64,000 bases of DNA from an uncultured Acidobacteriota bacterium (GCA_964651155.1 CAZYXB010000002.1:377-64376), one strand, 5' to 3'; positions 21,701 to 32,529 are shown, counted from the first letter of the stretch. A program made the numbers and translations. The notes: a model not told the origin generated them from the sequence alone.

Positions 21701-22121
21701 CGTTGCCTTGCCTCGTAGCGGTCAATTCGTTCTTGATGCTGTCCAGGACGCCGTTGACGAACAGAGCGGATTCCTGGGTGGAGAACTTCCTGGCGATCTC
21801 GAGCGCTTCGTTGATCACGACGGTTTCCGGAGTCCCGCCTCCGGACAGAAACTCGTAGACGGCGACGCGCAGGATGTTGCGGTCGATCACCGCGAGCCTG
21901 CCGAGTCGCCAGTTCTTGGTGTGCCGCTGGATGACGGCGTCGATCTCCCCCAGCCGCCCGAGGGTTCCCCGAAACAGCTCGTTGGCGAAATCCCCGACGC
22001 TGTCGAAATGGGCGTTCATCTGCCAGAAGGTCCGGAGGATGTCCTGCTCCGAATGCCGGCCCACGTCGTATTGGTACAGCATCTGAAGCGCACATTCACG
22101 CGCGGTCCGTCGTTGTCCCAT
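21684..22121 (-). CDS. nusB: Transcription antitermination factor NusB
   Basis: [60 protein letters not shown] is the NusB fold signature. ribH lies immediately upstream. Confidence 0.8.
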   Translation of the reverse strand: MGQRRTARECALQMLYQYDVGRHSEQDILRTFWQMNAHFDSVGDFANELFRGTLGRLGEIDAVIQRHTKNWRLGRLAVIDRNILRVAVYEFLSGGGTPETVVINEALEIARKFSTQESALFVNGVLDSIKNELTATRQGNDGRSD

Positions 22122-22228
22122 GATTGGTTCGCCTGGTGTGGTCTGTCGGTTGCCGGGCGGCGGAAGCGTCCGATGGCGCGGAGGGAGCGCCCCCGTGCGC
22201 GCCCCGCAGTGCGGGCCGCCCCGTTCGC

Positions 22229-22693
22229 CTACAGCTGCTTGATCACGTCCACCATTTCGATAGCCGTCACGGCGGCATCGAACCCCTTGTTGCCCGTCTT
22301 GAGCCCCGCGCGGTCGACGGCCTGTTCCATCGTGTTGCACGTCAGGATGCCGTTGATCACCGGGACGCCGGATTCGACCGCGATGGCGCCGAGTTCCTTG
22401 GTCACCGTCGACGAGAGGTGATCGAAATGCGGGGTCTCGCCCCGAATGAGGGCGCCCAGGCAGAGGATGGCGTCGTATTGTTTCGATGCCGTCAGCCTTT
22501 TGGCGATCGGGGGGATTTCAAAACTCCCCGGGACCCAGACGATGCAGATGTCGTCCGGGGCGGCGCCGTGGCGCTCGAGCGCGTCGAGCGCACCGCCAAG
22601 GAGCCGGTCGCTGATGAAGGAATTGAAACGGCTGACAACGACCGCGAATCGGCATCCCTTCGCTTCCAGTTTTCCCTGTATTGTTCTGGCCAT
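22229..22693 (-). CDS. ribH: 6,7-dimethyl-8-ribityllumazine synthase RibH
   Basis: RFAVVVSRFNSFISDRLLGGALDAL..ICIVWVPGSFEIP..GALIRGETPHFD is the conserved lumazine synthase core. Confidence 0.9.
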   Translation of the reverse strand: MARTIQGKLEAKGCRFAVVVSRFNSFISDRLLGGALDALERHGAAPDDICIVWVPGSFEIPPIAKRLTASKQYDAILCLGALIRGETPHFDHLSSTVTKELGAIAVESGVPVINGILTCNTMEQAVDRAGLKTGNKGFDAAVTAIEMVDVIKQL

Positions 22694-22978
22694 CGACGTT
22701 TCTCCTGTTTGCCGGGTGAACCGGAGCCCGCCCGATCGGCATTGCTCGGGGTGTGCAGGCTGGAGTTAAATTCTGCAAGAGAGCGCCGCGCATTACAAGG
22801 CTTTTCTGGCCCCGGTGGCCCTGCGCCGGCCTCTTTCGGGCGATTGCGCGCTCCGTTGTGAAACTTCCGGCGCCGCCATGCGTATTGCCTCACGAGGGGC
22901 ATCCCGGGTACAATCCGGAATCCGGCTGCACGGGATGCCGGCGTGCCCGCTGTTTCCATGTATACGAAAGAGGACCCT

Positions 22979-25045
22979 ATGGCTCGAATGCTGTCTGCAC
23001 TGGTACTGTTTGCGGTCATGACCCCGGCGGCGGCCGGGGCCCAAACCCGCGGCCCGGACAAACGGCCGCAGGAGAAGGCGGTATTCACCGTCAGCGTGGA
23101 TCTGGTGCAGATGGACGTCATCGTCACGGATTCCGACGGCAGGCACGTCACGGATCTCACGGCCGAGGACTTCACCATCCTGCAGGACGGCCATCCGCAG
23201 GAGATCACCAGCTTCTCCCTGGTGCAGGTGCAGGAACCGGCCGTCACCCGGAGCTCCGTCTACAAAAAGGTGCCGCAGGGAGCGGACGCGCCCTCGGCCC
23301 CGCCCGAGTTCTCCAGGGACTACCGGGCCGACCAGATCCGGCGCGTCGTCGCCCTGGTCGTCGACGACCTCGGCATCTCCTTCGAGGGCATGCACTACGT
23401 CAGGGAGTCGATCAAGAAATGGGTCGACCAGGAGATGCAGCCGGGGGACCTGGTGGCCCTGATCCGCACAGGGAAAGGGGTCGGCACCCTCCAGCAGTTC
23501 ACCAGCAACAAGAGGATGCTCGAGGATGCGGCCGAGCACCTCTACTACAACCTCGCCGGGCGCGTCGGGCCGGGCATCTGCACCGACAACACCGTCCAGA
23601 CGGCCGAGGACCTGGTGGGGGACCTCGGAAGCATCCCCAGCGGCGGCGAGCACCGGCGCCAGCTGACCCTCGCCTCCCTGGGGTCCGTGCAGTTCGTCCT
23701 GGACGGGCTGCGGATCCTGTCGGGCCGGAAGAGCATGATCCTGTTCACCGAGGACCTGTGGACGGTGTTCAACCAGGGCCAGGACACCACCGTGGACGAC
23801 AAGGTCCGGCGCATCGTCCGGGACGCCAACCACGCGTCCGTGGTGATTCACGCCATTGATTCGAGGGGGCTGGTGTCGGACCTGCAGTGTTCGAGCGAGG
23901 ACCGCATCTACGCGCAGGACGCCATGGTCAAGCTGGCCAGGTACACCGGCGGACGCTTCGAGGAGGGCCGCAACGACATCGACGGGGCGCTCTACGAGAC
24001 GGTCCGGGACGGGGACAGCTACTACCTGCTGGGCTACCACCCGGACGAGAAGCTGGCCAAGGAGATGCGGTCGGGCAAGATCAAGCACCACTCCATCCAG
24101 GTGCGCGTCGGGCGCCCCGGCCTGCACGTGCGCACGCGGTCGGACTTTTTGGGGACGCCCGATCCGCTCCCGCAGGCCAGCACGCGCCATGAGAGGGTCG
24201 AGCAGGCCCTGTACACGCCCTTTGCCGCCGGCGACCTCCCCGTGCGGCTGACCGCTCTGTTTTCGCAGACCCGCATGGGAGAACCCCGCATCAATGCCCT
24301 GGTGCATTTCGACACGGACAAGCTCGAATACACCGAGGACGACGAAGGCTGGCGCAAGGCCGACGTGGAGCTGGTGGCGGCCCTTTTCGACGGGGACGGA
24401 CAGCAGCTGGAGATGACGAGCCGCAAGATCACGCTCACGGCCGCGGGCGACACCTTCCGGGAGATGGTGCGCAACGGGGTCGTCGTCCGCATGCACGTCA
24501 GGGCGAAAAAGGCCGGCGCCTATCAGATGCGGGTGATTCTGAGCGATGTCGGAAGCGGCCTGATGGGGAGCGCGACGCATTACGTCGAGGTGCCCGACGT
24601 CCGCAACGGCCATTTCGCCCTTTCCGGGATCGCCCTCGCGGCGAGCCGCTCCCGCCTGGATGCGATCGGGGACGGGACCGAGGACCAGGTCGTCGGCAGG
24701 GAGGTCAACGGGACGGCGGCGGTGCGGGTTTTCAAGCCGGGGGAGACCATCACCTGGGCCTACCAGGTTTTGAACGCCCAGACCGGCAGGGACAAGAAAG
24801 CCGAGCTGCAGACCTACACGCGGCTGTTCCACGAGGGGGACAGCATCTACATTTCCGATTCCGCCGACATATCGCTCGAGCCCGATGCGGGTTCGAAGCG
24901 GATGATCGGGATAGGGCGGATGCAGCTGAACAAGATACTGCCGGGGGATTACGCCCTCCAGGTGGTCGTCCGGGACGTGCTCGAGGAGCGGAAAGAACGG
25001 ACGGCGGTGCAGTCGATCGACTTCAGGATCCAGGACCCGCGGTAG
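22979..25045 (+). CDS. Acidobacteria-type VWFA-related protein (TIGR03436-like), secreted
   Basis: Signal peptide MARMLSALVLFAVMTPAAAGAQ followed by FTVSVDLVQMDVIVTDSDGRHVTDLTAEDFTILQDGHPQEITSF, the hallmark N-terminal module of the acidobacterial VWFA family. A VWA-like region follows. Confidence 0.7.
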   Translation: MARMLSALVLFAVMTPAAAGAQTRGPDKRPQEKAVFTVSVDLVQMDVIVTDSDGRHVTDLTAEDFTILQDGHPQEITSFSLVQVQEPAVTRSSVYKKVPQGADAPSAPPEFSRDYRADQIRRVVALVVDDLGISFEGMHYVRESIKKWVDQEMQPGDLVALIRTGKGVGTLQQFTSNKRMLEDAAEHLYYNLAGRVGPGICTDNTVQTAEDLVGDLGSIPSGGEHRRQLTLASLGSVQFVLDGLRILSGRKSMILFTEDLWTVFNQGQDTTVDDKVRRIVRDANHASVVIHAIDSRGLVSDLQCSSEDRIYAQDAMVKLARYTGGRFEEGRNDIDGALYETVRDGDSYYLLGYHPDEKLAKEMRSGKIKHHSIQVRVGRPGLHVRTRSDFLGTPDPLPQASTRHERVEQALYTPFAAGDLPVRLTALFSQTRMGEPRINALVHFDTDKLEYTEDDEGWRKADVELVAALFDGDGQQLEMTSRKITLTAAGDTFREMVRNGVVVRMHVRAKKAGAYQMRVILSDVGSGLMGSATHYVEVPDVRNGHFALSGIALAASRSRLDAIGDGTEDQVVGREVNGTAAVRVFKPGETITWAYQVLNAQTGRDKKAELQTYTRLFHEGDSIYISDSADISLEPDAGSKRMIGIGRMQLNKILPGDYALQVVVRDVLEERKERTAVQSIDFRIQDPR

Positions 25046-25158
25046 CCGGGGGTCCTGGCGCCCGGGCAGAAAAAAGGCGGCGGGCGGAACTTTCGGACCG
25101 TGCCGGTGTTTCATACCAGAAGGTGCGATTTCGCGCATCCGACAGACTGGGGGCGCCT

Positions 25159-26160
25159 ATGGCTTTGTACTGGAGATCGTTGGGGATCCTGCCGCTCGCG
25201 GCGGCTCTGGCCGCCGGTCCGGCCGAGCCGCTCGAGGCCGCCGACGGGGGCTCGCGGCCCGTTTTTTCGGCGGGATTCTCGGGCACCAACACCGATTACG
25301 GCTGGCTGTGGAAGCTCGACGCGTCGGCCGGGTACCGGTTTGGACGGCACTTCGAAGTGACCGCCGGGGTTCCCGTCTATTTTGTCCGGGCTCCGGGGGA
25401 TGCGCCCGAAGCGGGCGTCGAGACCAAAACGGGGCTCGGCAACGTCTACGTCGACCTGCGCGTGATGGCCGAGAGCCCGGCCTGGTACTGGAGCAGCAGC
25501 CTGCGCGGCGCCGCCCCCACGGGAGACCAGGACGGGGGATTCAGTTCCGGGCGGGTTTCGCTCGACTGGAACAACTACCTCGAGTACACCCGCGGGGCAT
25601 GGACCCCTTTCGGAAGCGTTGGCGTGGCCAACTCGATTTCCGACACGCACTTTGTCACCCAGCCGTTCACCTCCCTGGGCATCGTGGGCCAGTTTGAAGG
25701 GGGCCTGCTCTACCATCCGGGCTGGTGGATCGGCCTGGGCGGCTCGGGCTACGCCGTCGTCCCCGCCGGGGAGCAGAAGATCTACAGCCGCATCTACGCC
25801 GCCCCATCGGATTCGGGCGGCGGGGCCACGGAGGGATCCGTTGCCGCCGGCATGGCTCTGGCGGGCGCCGGGACGCCGGGTCCGTCGGGCGGCTCCACCG
25901 CCGCGGGGCCCGGTTCGGGATCCTCGGGAATATCCGACGGCGCGCAGCAGCGCCGGAGCGCGTTCGAACAGACCTTCTACACCGTCAGCGAGGCGGATAT
26001 GGCCCGGGATCACGGTTTTTCCGCCTGGGTCGACGTCTATCCGCTTGCCGACATGGCCCTGGAGCTGGGCTACAGCCGGAGCGTCTCCTACGAGTACAAC
26101 ACGGTGTTTGTTTCCGCGCGGTTCGATCTGGCGGGGATGATGCGCCGGGGGCGCGACTGA
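25159..26160 (+). CDS. Hypothetical secreted Gly/Ser-rich protein (possible outer-membrane beta-rich protein)
   Basis: Signal peptide MALYWRSLGILPLAAALAAGPAEP. Alternating aromatic/small residues suggest beta strands. Central low-complexity Gly/Ser-rich tract (AGTPGPSGGSTAAGPGSGSSG). No recognisable family. Confidence 0.45.
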   Translation: MALYWRSLGILPLAAALAAGPAEPLEAADGGSRPVFSAGFSGTNTDYGWLWKLDASAGYRFGRHFEVTAGVPVYFVRAPGDAPEAGVETKTGLGNVYVDLRVMAESPAWYWSSSLRGAAPTGDQDGGFSSGRVSLDWNNYLEYTRGAWTPFGSVGVANSISDTHFVTQPFTSLGIVGQFEGGLLYHPGWWIGLGGSGYAVVPAGEQKIYSRIYAAPSDSGGGATEGSVAAGMALAGAGTPGPSGGSTAAGPGSGSSGISDGAQQRRSAFEQTFYTVSEADMARDHGFSAWVDVYPLADMALELGYSRSVSYEYNTVFVSARFDLAGMMRRGRD

Positions 26161-26166
26161 CGCGGA

Positions 26167-26544
26167 TCAGGGTTCGGCCCGGGTTGCGGCGGCCGCCGGC
26201 CGGGTGATGCGGTTGTACCGGTCGACGAATACGATCCGCGCCGAGTGGCTGCGCGCCGCGTCGTCGGCGAGCTGGATGTGGCTAGCGATGATGACGAGGT
26301 CCCCCGCATGGATTCTGTGCGCGGCGGCGCCGTTGATGCAGACGACGCCCGATCCGGACGGCCCCCGGAGCGCATAGGTCGAGATCCGGTTCCCGTTGGT
26401 CAGATCCCAGATATCGACGAATTCATTCTCGTAGATGTCGGCCGCCTCGAGCAGGTCGGCATCCACGGTGATGCTTCCGATGTAATCGAGGTTGGCCTCG
26501 GTCACCGTGGCCCGGTGGATCTTCGATTTCAACATGTCGCGCAT
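26167..26544 (-). CDS. panD: Aspartate 1-decarboxylase PanD
   Basis: [55 protein letters not shown] matches PanD, including the Gly-Ser self-cleavage region. Confidence 0.85.
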   Translation of the reverse strand: MRDMLKSKIHRATVTEANLDYIGSITVDADLLEAADIYENEFVDIWDLTNGNRISTYALRGPSGSGVVCINGAAAHRIHAGDLVIIASHIQLADDAARSHSARIVFVDRYNRITRPAAAATRAEP

Positions 26545-26694
26545 GGTCCGCTCCCGCACGGCGGGTGATCGCACCGGCAACGGCCTCCCGGCGATCGGCC
26601 CGCACCGCCGGAGGGCCCTCCGCTTGCGGAGGCGCAACCCGGCGGAAACACAAAACTTCTCACTCCAAAATATACCAGAATTCCCGCGCCCCCT

Positions 26695-28035
26695 TCAAGG
26701 ATGCCGTGCACATTCCGGGGACGGCGGGCGGCCCGACGCCAGGCGGGCCAGGAGCCTGAAGAACTCCCGGACCGTCGATCCGCCGGGGTAGACGGGTCGG
26801 CCGACCGACGCCGCCAGGAATGCGGGCGCAAGGTCGTCGAGGAACATCCCGGACGGGCGCGCCAGGGCCTCCTGCGGAACGATCACGAAATCGCCCAGAT
26901 CGCCTCCTTCGAGCGCCCCAAGGATGTCGCGTCCCCCGAGGAGCCCGGCCACGGTGATCCTTTTGCCGAGGAAGGAGTTTGTGGCCATGCGCACCCGCAG
27001 GCGGGACCCGAATTTCCGGTTCAGCCTATCCGTGCAGGCCTCCAGGAACGGGCAAAAGAGCTTCCCGGTGACCAGGGTGCCCCGGAGGGGAAGGCGTGTG
27101 CGGCGGCGTTTCCACTCGGTTTCGAATGCGTCGAGGAAGGCGCGCGCCATCCCCACCCCGTCCTCGATCTGCGCGAAGTCGTCATAGGAGTCCGCCCCGG
27201 GAATGTCCAGGCCGCCCTGGATGTAGAACTCGTCGGCGAGATGGACGAAGGTTTCCCCCGTCCGCGACCGGAAGCGCTGCTGCCACGGCCGCATTTCGAG
27301 GACGGTCCTGCGGCAGAAGGCCGGCGTGACCGGCCTGAGGCGGTCCCCGGGCGGGCCGTAATCGGAGAGGCCGAGCGGCACGACGGCGGCCGACCGCACT
27401 CCGGGGTAGAGGCCGTAGAGGTCCGAGATTGTCTTCTCGAGGTGCCTTCCGTCGTTGATCCCGGGCATCAGGACGATCTGCGCGTGCAGCGTGATGCGGT
27501 TTGCGGCGAGGTGCCGGATCCGGCCCATCAGGTCGCAGGACCGCTTCCGGCCCAGGATGCGGTTCCGGAGGTCCGGATCGGTCGCGTGGACGGACACGTA
27601 CAGCGGGGTGAGCCGCTCCCGGACGATGCGCTCGATATCCCCGGCCCCCAGGTTGGTCAGCGTGATGTAATTGCCGTGGAGGAACGACAGCCTGAAGTCG
27701 TCGTCCTTGACCCTGAGGCTCGGGCGGACGCCGGGGGGGAGCCGGTCGACGAAGCAGAATATGCAGGCGTTGCGGCATCTCCGGGTCTGGAACTCCTCGA
27801 CCTCGACCCCGAGCGAAACCCCGTCGGGAAGCTCGACGGCGAGCAGCCGCTCATGGCCGTCCGCCCGGCGGACGCGGAGATCGGCCTCGCCGCCGGCGAG
27901 GTAGAACCGGAGGGCCAGCTCGTCGGCGGCTTCATGGCCGTCGATCTCCAGGATGCGGTCTCCGGGTTCGAGGCCGGCGAGGCCGGCGGCCGATCCTTTT
28001 TCGACCTGGAGGATTTTAATTCCCTTTCGAGGCAT
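26695..28035 (-). CDS. PDZ-domain radical-SAM-like protein (DUF512 family)
   Basis: N-terminal PDZ (ILQVEKGSAAGLAGLEPGDRILEIDG). CRNACIFC is a CxxxCxxC radical SAM cluster motif. C-terminal DUF512-like region. Overlaps pgsA by 20 nt. Confidence 0.65.
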   Translation of the reverse strand: MPRKGIKILQVEKGSAAGLAGLEPGDRILEIDGHEAADELALRFYLAGGEADLRVRRADGHERLLAVELPDGVSLGVEVEEFQTRRCRNACIFCFVDRLPPGVRPSLRVKDDDFRLSFLHGNYITLTNLGAGDIERIVRERLTPLYVSVHATDPDLRNRILGRKRSCDLMGRIRHLAANRITLHAQIVLMPGINDGRHLEKTISDLYGLYPGVRSAAVVPLGLSDYGPPGDRLRPVTPAFCRRTVLEMRPWQQRFRSRTGETFVHLADEFYIQGGLDIPGADSYDDFAQIEDGVGMARAFLDAFETEWKRRRTRLPLRGTLVTGKLFCPFLEACTDRLNRKFGSRLRVRMATNSFLGKRITVAGLLGGRDILGALEGGDLGDFVIVPQEALARPSGMFLDDLAPAFLAASVGRPVYPGGSTVREFFRLLARLASGRPPSPECARHP

Positions 28036-28600
28036 CTCCGGCTTCCTGGTACGAGGCGATGATCTTGACGGACCGGTACGCATAGTGCAGGCCTGAGGCG
28101 AAGGTCAGCGCCAGCGTGATGCGCGTTACGGGAGGGAATACGGCGTTTGCGAGACCGGGGTTGAAGTTCGCCAGCAGGCACACGCCCACGGTGATGAGCT
28201 GGACGGCGGTGGTGCATTTCCCCAGGAAACTGGGCGGGAAGCTCGAATGCTCTGTCTGCAGGTGGATGATCAGGACGGAAAGGGCGATCAGGACATCCCT
28301 GCTGATCGTCCATATGGTCAGCCAGGTCGGGATGTGCAGGGCCAAAGGCAGCGACGGGATCGTGAGCGTGACAAAGGCCGCGGTCAGCAGCAGCTTGTCG
28401 GCCATCGGGTCGAGGAAGGACCCTAGCGCCGTCTTCTGCTGCAGCCGCCGGGCGATCAGCCCGTCGAGCCCGTCGGTGACGGCCGCCAGCAGAAACAGCG
28501 CGGTCGCCGACCGAGGGTGCCCGTAGACCAGCAGCAGCACGAAACAGGGGACGAAAAGCATACGCAGGATCGTCAACTGGTTGGCGTAGGTCATAAGCAC
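28016..28600 (-). CDS. pgsA: CDP-diacylglycerol--glycerol-3-phosphate 3-phosphatidyltransferase PgsA
   Basis: CDP-alcohol phosphatidyltransferase motif DGLDGLIARRLQQKTALGSFLDPMADK (D-G-x2-A-R..G-x3-D-x3-D) and multi-TM topology. Confidence 0.8.
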   Translation of the reverse strand: MLMTYANQLTILRMLFVPCFVLLLVYGHPRSATALFLLAAVTDGLDGLIARRLQQKTALGSFLDPMADKLLLTAAFVTLTIPSLPLALHIPTWLTIWTISRDVLIALSVLIIHLQTEHSSFPPSFLGKCTTAVQLITVGVCLLANFNPGLANAVFPPVTRITLALTFASGLHYAYRSVKIIASYQEAGDASKGN

Positions 28601-28793
28601 GCGGATCTCCCCGGGAAAGCCAGTCCGATTTATACACTAAAACGGCCCCGGGGTCTTCCACAGAAGTGCGCGGGGCGGTGAAAATCCTCCCCGCGCCCGC
28701 AATTTGGTCCCCATTGTTAATCGATGCGAGCCGGCGGTCCGATAAGCATACCGGGGGAATCACAGGAAGATTGCGCAAGGATGGCGTCGCCGC

Positions 28794-29897
28794 ATGTCAC
28801 TGTCGGGAAGACTGAAAACAATGGATCTGGCCGAGGTCCTTCAATGGGTGACCATTGGAAGGAAGACGGGATCCCTGACCTTCGTGCTCGACAAGACCAA
28901 GGTCTACATCTACCTCCGGGAGGGGAAGATCATCTCCTCGCTGTCGAACGACCCGACCAAGCAGTTGGGCCAATTCCTGATTTTCCAGGGGAAACTGACC
29001 GAGACCCAGCTGAAGAAGGCCCTGGAGATCCACCTGAAATCGGGATCCCCGCTCGGCCCCATCCTCGTCGGGGAGAAATTCGTTTCTCGGAAGGACGTCG
29101 AGCAGGCTCTCGTGAAAAGGACCGAGGAGGTCATCTACGAGCTGTTTTTGTGGGAGGACGGGTACTTCCATTTTTCGGACAAGGCCTACATGCTGCAGGA
29201 CCTGATCCTGATCAACGCCGACATCAACGCGATCCTGTTCGAAGGGGTCCGGCGCAAGGACGAATGGGGCCGCATCCGGGCGGTCCTGCCCGACAACGAC
29301 ATCGTGCTGTCGCTCGGCGACGACGGGAGCCTGAAAAAGCACGGCCTGACGCCCCTGCAGAAGAAGCTGCTGTTTCTCATCAACCAGAGGAAGCCGGTTT
29401 CGGAAATCATCCTGGAGCTGCACGGGTCGGACTTCATGGTCTGTTTCGAGCTTTTCCAGCTCTATGAAAAGGGGATCGTCCGGATCGCCGAAGCGAAGGA
29501 GGACGCCTCCGGGGGCACGAACCCGGCCGACCTGTTCAGCCGCGGCCAGAGCCTGATGCAGAAGAAGCGCTACCGGGAGGCGATCGCGGCGTTCCAGGAG
29601 GTCGTCGTGCTGGACCCGCAGAACGCCTGGGCTTCCGAGCAGCTCGAGCAGGCGGAAAAAGCCCTGTGCGAGCAATACTACCGCAGCACCATCCCTGCGA
29701 ACAAGGTTCCCTATTTTCTGGTCCCGGCATCGACGCTGACCCACCACAACCTCTCGAACGAAGAGGGGTTTGTCGCGTCGCGCATCAACGGGACGTGGGA
29801 CACGAAATCCATCATCATGCTCTCCCCCCTCCGCGAGCTGGAAATCCTCGAGGTCCTCGACAAGCTCATGAAAATGGGCCTGATCGGGCTGCGCTGA
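28794..29897 (+). CDS. DUF4388-domain protein (standalone) with C-terminal helical/TPR-like region
   Basis: N-terminus SGRLKTMDLAEVLQWVTIGRKTGSLTF..GKI matches the DUF4388 motif (GxLxxfxLxDllQxl...ktGxLxv). GC ~58%, lower than the neighbours. Confidence 0.55.
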   Translation: MSLSGRLKTMDLAEVLQWVTIGRKTGSLTFVLDKTKVYIYLREGKIISSLSNDPTKQLGQFLIFQGKLTETQLKKALEIHLKSGSPLGPILVGEKFVSRKDVEQALVKRTEEVIYELFLWEDGYFHFSDKAYMLQDLILINADINAILFEGVRRKDEWGRIRAVLPDNDIVLSLGDDGSLKKHGLTPLQKKLLFLINQRKPVSEIILELHGSDFMVCFELFQLYEKGIVRIAEAKEDASGGTNPADLFSRGQSLMQKKRYREAIAAFQEVVVLDPQNAWASEQLEQAEKALCEQYYRSTIPANKVPYFLVPASTLTHHNLSNEEGFVASRINGTWDTKSIIMLSPLRELEILEVLDKLMKMGLIGLR

Positions 29898-29910
29898 CGG
29901 CCCGCGGCCG

Positions 29911-30732
29911 CTAGAGAAACAGGATCAGGCTGGCGGCCATGACCGCCATGCCCCCGACGAGGCCCCCGATGGCGATATGGTGCTCCCCGTATTCCTCCGC
30001 CGTGGGGAGAAGCTCGTCGAGCGAGATGTAGACCATGATGCCGGCGACGCCGGCCGAGAGGAGCCCGAAGGCGGCGTCGCTGTAGACGCGGCGCAGCAGG
30101 AGCCAGCCGAGGAGTGCGCCGACGGGTTCGGCCAGGCCCGACAGCAGGGACAGGCAGAAGGCCTTCCGCCGGTTCTTCGTGGCGTAGTAGACCGGAACGG
30201 AGACGACGATGCCTTCGGGGATGTTGTGGATGGCGATGGCCGCGGCGATGCTGATGCCGAGCGCCGGGTCCGCGAGGGCGCTCAGAAAGGTGGCCAGCCC
30301 CTCCGGGAAGTTGTGAACGGCGATGGCCACGGCGGAGAACGTCCCCATGCGCAGCAGCTTCCGCTGCCGGTCGGCGGCGATGGCGCCCGGGTCGATGTTG
30401 CGCGGGTCGATGTTGCGGATCTCGTGGGGATTGCCGAAGGAGGGGATCAGCCTGTCGACGAGGGAGACCAGGGCGATGCCGGCGAAGAACCCGGCCGCGG
30501 CGATGGCGTGCCCGGCCCTTTCCCCGTAGACCAGTTCCAGCAGGCCCCCGGCCTTGGCGAATATCTCCACGAGCGAAACGTAGATCATCACGCCGGCGGA
30601 AAACCCCAGGGACCCGGCCAGAAGCTTCGGGTCGAATTTTTTCGACAGCAGGGCCATGACGCTGCCGATGCCGGTCGAAAGCCCCGCCAGAAGAGTCAGC
30701 CCGAGGGCGAATGCGACGTTTTCCGTTTCCAT
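29911..30732 (-). CDS. zupT: ZIP family metal transporter (ZupT-like)
   Basis: 8-TM ZIP pattern with the conserved HNxPEG motifs ([29 protein letters not shown]). Start at [12 protein letters not shown]. Contains a short tandem duplication ([11 protein letters not shown]). Confidence 0.8.
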   Translation of the reverse strand: METENVAFALGLTLLAGLSTGIGSVMALLSKKFDPKLLAGSLGFSAGVMIYVSLVEIFAKAGGLLELVYGERAGHAIAAAGFFAGIALVSLVDRLIPSFGNPHEIRNIDPRNIDPGAIAADRQRKLLRMGTFSAVAIAVHNFPEGLATFLSALADPALGISIAAAIAIHNIPEGIVVSVPVYYATKNRRKAFCLSLLSGLAEPVGALLGWLLLRRVYSDAAFGLLSAGVAGIMVYISLDELLPTAEEYGEHHIAIGGLVGGMAVMAASLILFL

Positions 30733-30880
30733 GATGGCAGAGGCCCCCCCCTCCCCGGCCGGTATCGGCCTGGGAGGTTCCTGGGCCGTTCCGATCAAGA
30801 ACGTGCCGATTGTAATCCAACGCCTTCCGGATATACAATCCGGCGCCGCCGATCGGGGCGACGCGGTGTCGCGCCGCTGC

Positions 30881-32002
30881 CTAGAACTCCACGGAAACCT
30901 GCAGGAGCAACGCCGATTCCGACTGCCTGCCGTCGATGCCCCCGCCGTGGCCCTGGTCCCTGACAAAGGCGAACGAACCGGCGACGCCCCGCGCAATCTC
31001 CTGGATGAGGCTGAAGCCGTAGCGTTTCCGGGGCAGGCCGAGCGCCGCGGTGCCGTCCGATTCCGCGTATCTCAGGACCAGTTCGAGATTTCGCCCCCGG
31101 CCCCAGCCGTAGCCCGTTTCGCAGTCCCAGGCCGAGGGACGCGCGCCGCGGCCGTCCGGGCGCGCGAGTTCCGCGGGATCTCCCTCGGCCAGGGCGGTCA
31201 TGTATCCGGCCACCAGGAAGAAACCCCTGAAGTCGAGGGTCAGCGTGGCCGCCAGCCCCCTGACAGGGTTTTGGGGCGCACCGGCGTTCTCTCCGATGCA
31301 TTCCACCGACACGGCGGCACCGGCGATGTTGGAAATGTAGGAGACGCCCGCGACCAGTCCCGGGAGCCCGTTTTCGGGCCGTGCGTAGCGGGCGTCGATC
31401 CCGTAGGCCGCGGAGGCGCTGCCGCCGGTTCTCTTCACGCCGCCGCTCGACAGATATCCGGACAGGGACAGGCCCGCGCGGCTGTACCCCAGCAGCGCCG
31501 CGTTGTTGCAGGTCTCCCCGAGCAGCTGGGTCAACGGCTGGCTCACGGCGGGAATATCCGGGAAGCGGGTCCCGAGGATGCCGTAGGGGGAGCGCATCCT
31601 TCCGGCGGAAGCGTACAGGGGGAATCTGTCGCTGTCGCCGAAGGTGACGGTCCCGGTGTCGAGACACAATCCGGGCCCTTCCTCCCCGAAAGGGTCTTCG
31701 TACAGAAATACCGTCTCGGCGCGTATCCAGCCAAGGACAGCCACCTCCACGCCCGCCTCCGCCCGAGTCGGCCGGAATCCGGCAACGGATGCGCCGCAAT
31801 CGTCGCCGCAGGCCGTCGACCGGTATCCTGCGGCCCATTCCACCAGGCCTGCGAAGGAGACGCGGTCCCGCAGGTTCCCCATCCAGCCCCCGCTGCCTGC
31901 GGGGCCCGCCGTATCCACGATCCCGTCCCGGCAGAGAGCGGGGGCCGTCACGCCGGCCGCCAACCATAGAATCACCGTCAGAATGGTGCGGTTCCGTATC
32001 AT
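30881..32002 (-). CDS. Putative outer-membrane beta-barrel porin (siderophore/metal-porin-like), hypothetical
   Basis: Signal peptide [22 protein letters not shown]. Alternating amphipathic pattern. C-terminal ..LLLQVSVEF with a terminal aromatic typical of OMP barrels. Translationally coupled (4-nt overlap) with the upstream regulator gene. Confidence 0.5.
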   Translation of the reverse strand: MIRNRTILTVILWLAAGVTAPALCRDGIVDTAGPAGSGGWMGNLRDRVSFAGLVEWAAGYRSTACGDDCGASVAGFRPTRAEAGVEVAVLGWIRAETVFLYEDPFGEEGPGLCLDTGTVTFGDSDRFPLYASAGRMRSPYGILGTRFPDIPAVSQPLTQLLGETCNNAALLGYSRAGLSLSGYLSSGGVKRTGGSASAAYGIDARYARPENGLPGLVAGVSYISNIAGAAVSVECIGENAGAPQNPVRGLAATLTLDFRGFFLVAGYMTALAEGDPAELARPDGRGARPSAWDCETGYGWGRGRNLELVLRYAESDGTAALGLPRKRYGFSLIQEIARGVAGSFAFVRDQGHGGGIDGRQSESALLLQVSVEF

Positions 32003-32529
32003 TTCCGGTCGGTGTGCACCCCTGTTTCGCCCGGGCGGCCCCAGACGGTGGCGCGGGTTTCCGGCCGCGTCCGGCACGGTCCGGGGCTGCCGGTCTTCGA
32101 ACGACAGTGTTTGAAGGCCTCGATCCACCCGGGCTCCATCCCCGGGCACGTTTCCAGGCAATGGATGAACTGGATCAAACGGTCCAGGGTGCCTGCGCTG
32201 ATGCCGTGCTCCAGCCTGCAGGCCTCCCGGTCGGACTCCTCCGGGTCGATGCCCAGAACGTCGGCCAGAAATCCCATGATCGCCTGGTGGCGGCGATGGA
32301 TTTCCTTGCCGATTTTCTCCCCCTCCGGGGTCAGTTCGGGGTATTCGTGCCTGTGGTAGGCGACCAGGCCTCGCCGGCCGAGCGACTGCAGCATCGCGGT
32401 CACCGTCGGCATCGATACCCCGATCCGGTCGGCGATATTCTTGACGCGCACCGCTCGCTTGTTCCGCCCGATGCAGTAGATGGCCTCCAGGTAATCTTCC
32501 ATGGTCGTCGTAATGGTCGGGTCAGTCAT
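31999..32529 (-). CDS. DtxR/MntR-family metal-dependent transcriptional regulator
   Basis: MEDYLEAIYCI..RVKNIADRIGVSMPTVTAMLQSLGRRGLV (wHTH), then metal-binding/dimerisation region ..HRRHQAIMGFLADVLG..EHGIS. First gene of the regulator-porin-ZIP operon. Confidence 0.8.
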   Translation of the reverse strand: MTDPTITTTMEDYLEAIYCIGRNKRAVRVKNIADRIGVSMPTVTAMLQSLGRRGLVAYHRHEYPELTPEGEKIGKEIHRRHQAIMGFLADVLGIDPEESDREACRLEHGISAGTLDRLIQFIHCLETCPGMEPGWIEAFKHCRSKTGSPGPCRTRPETRATVWGRPGETGVHTDRK

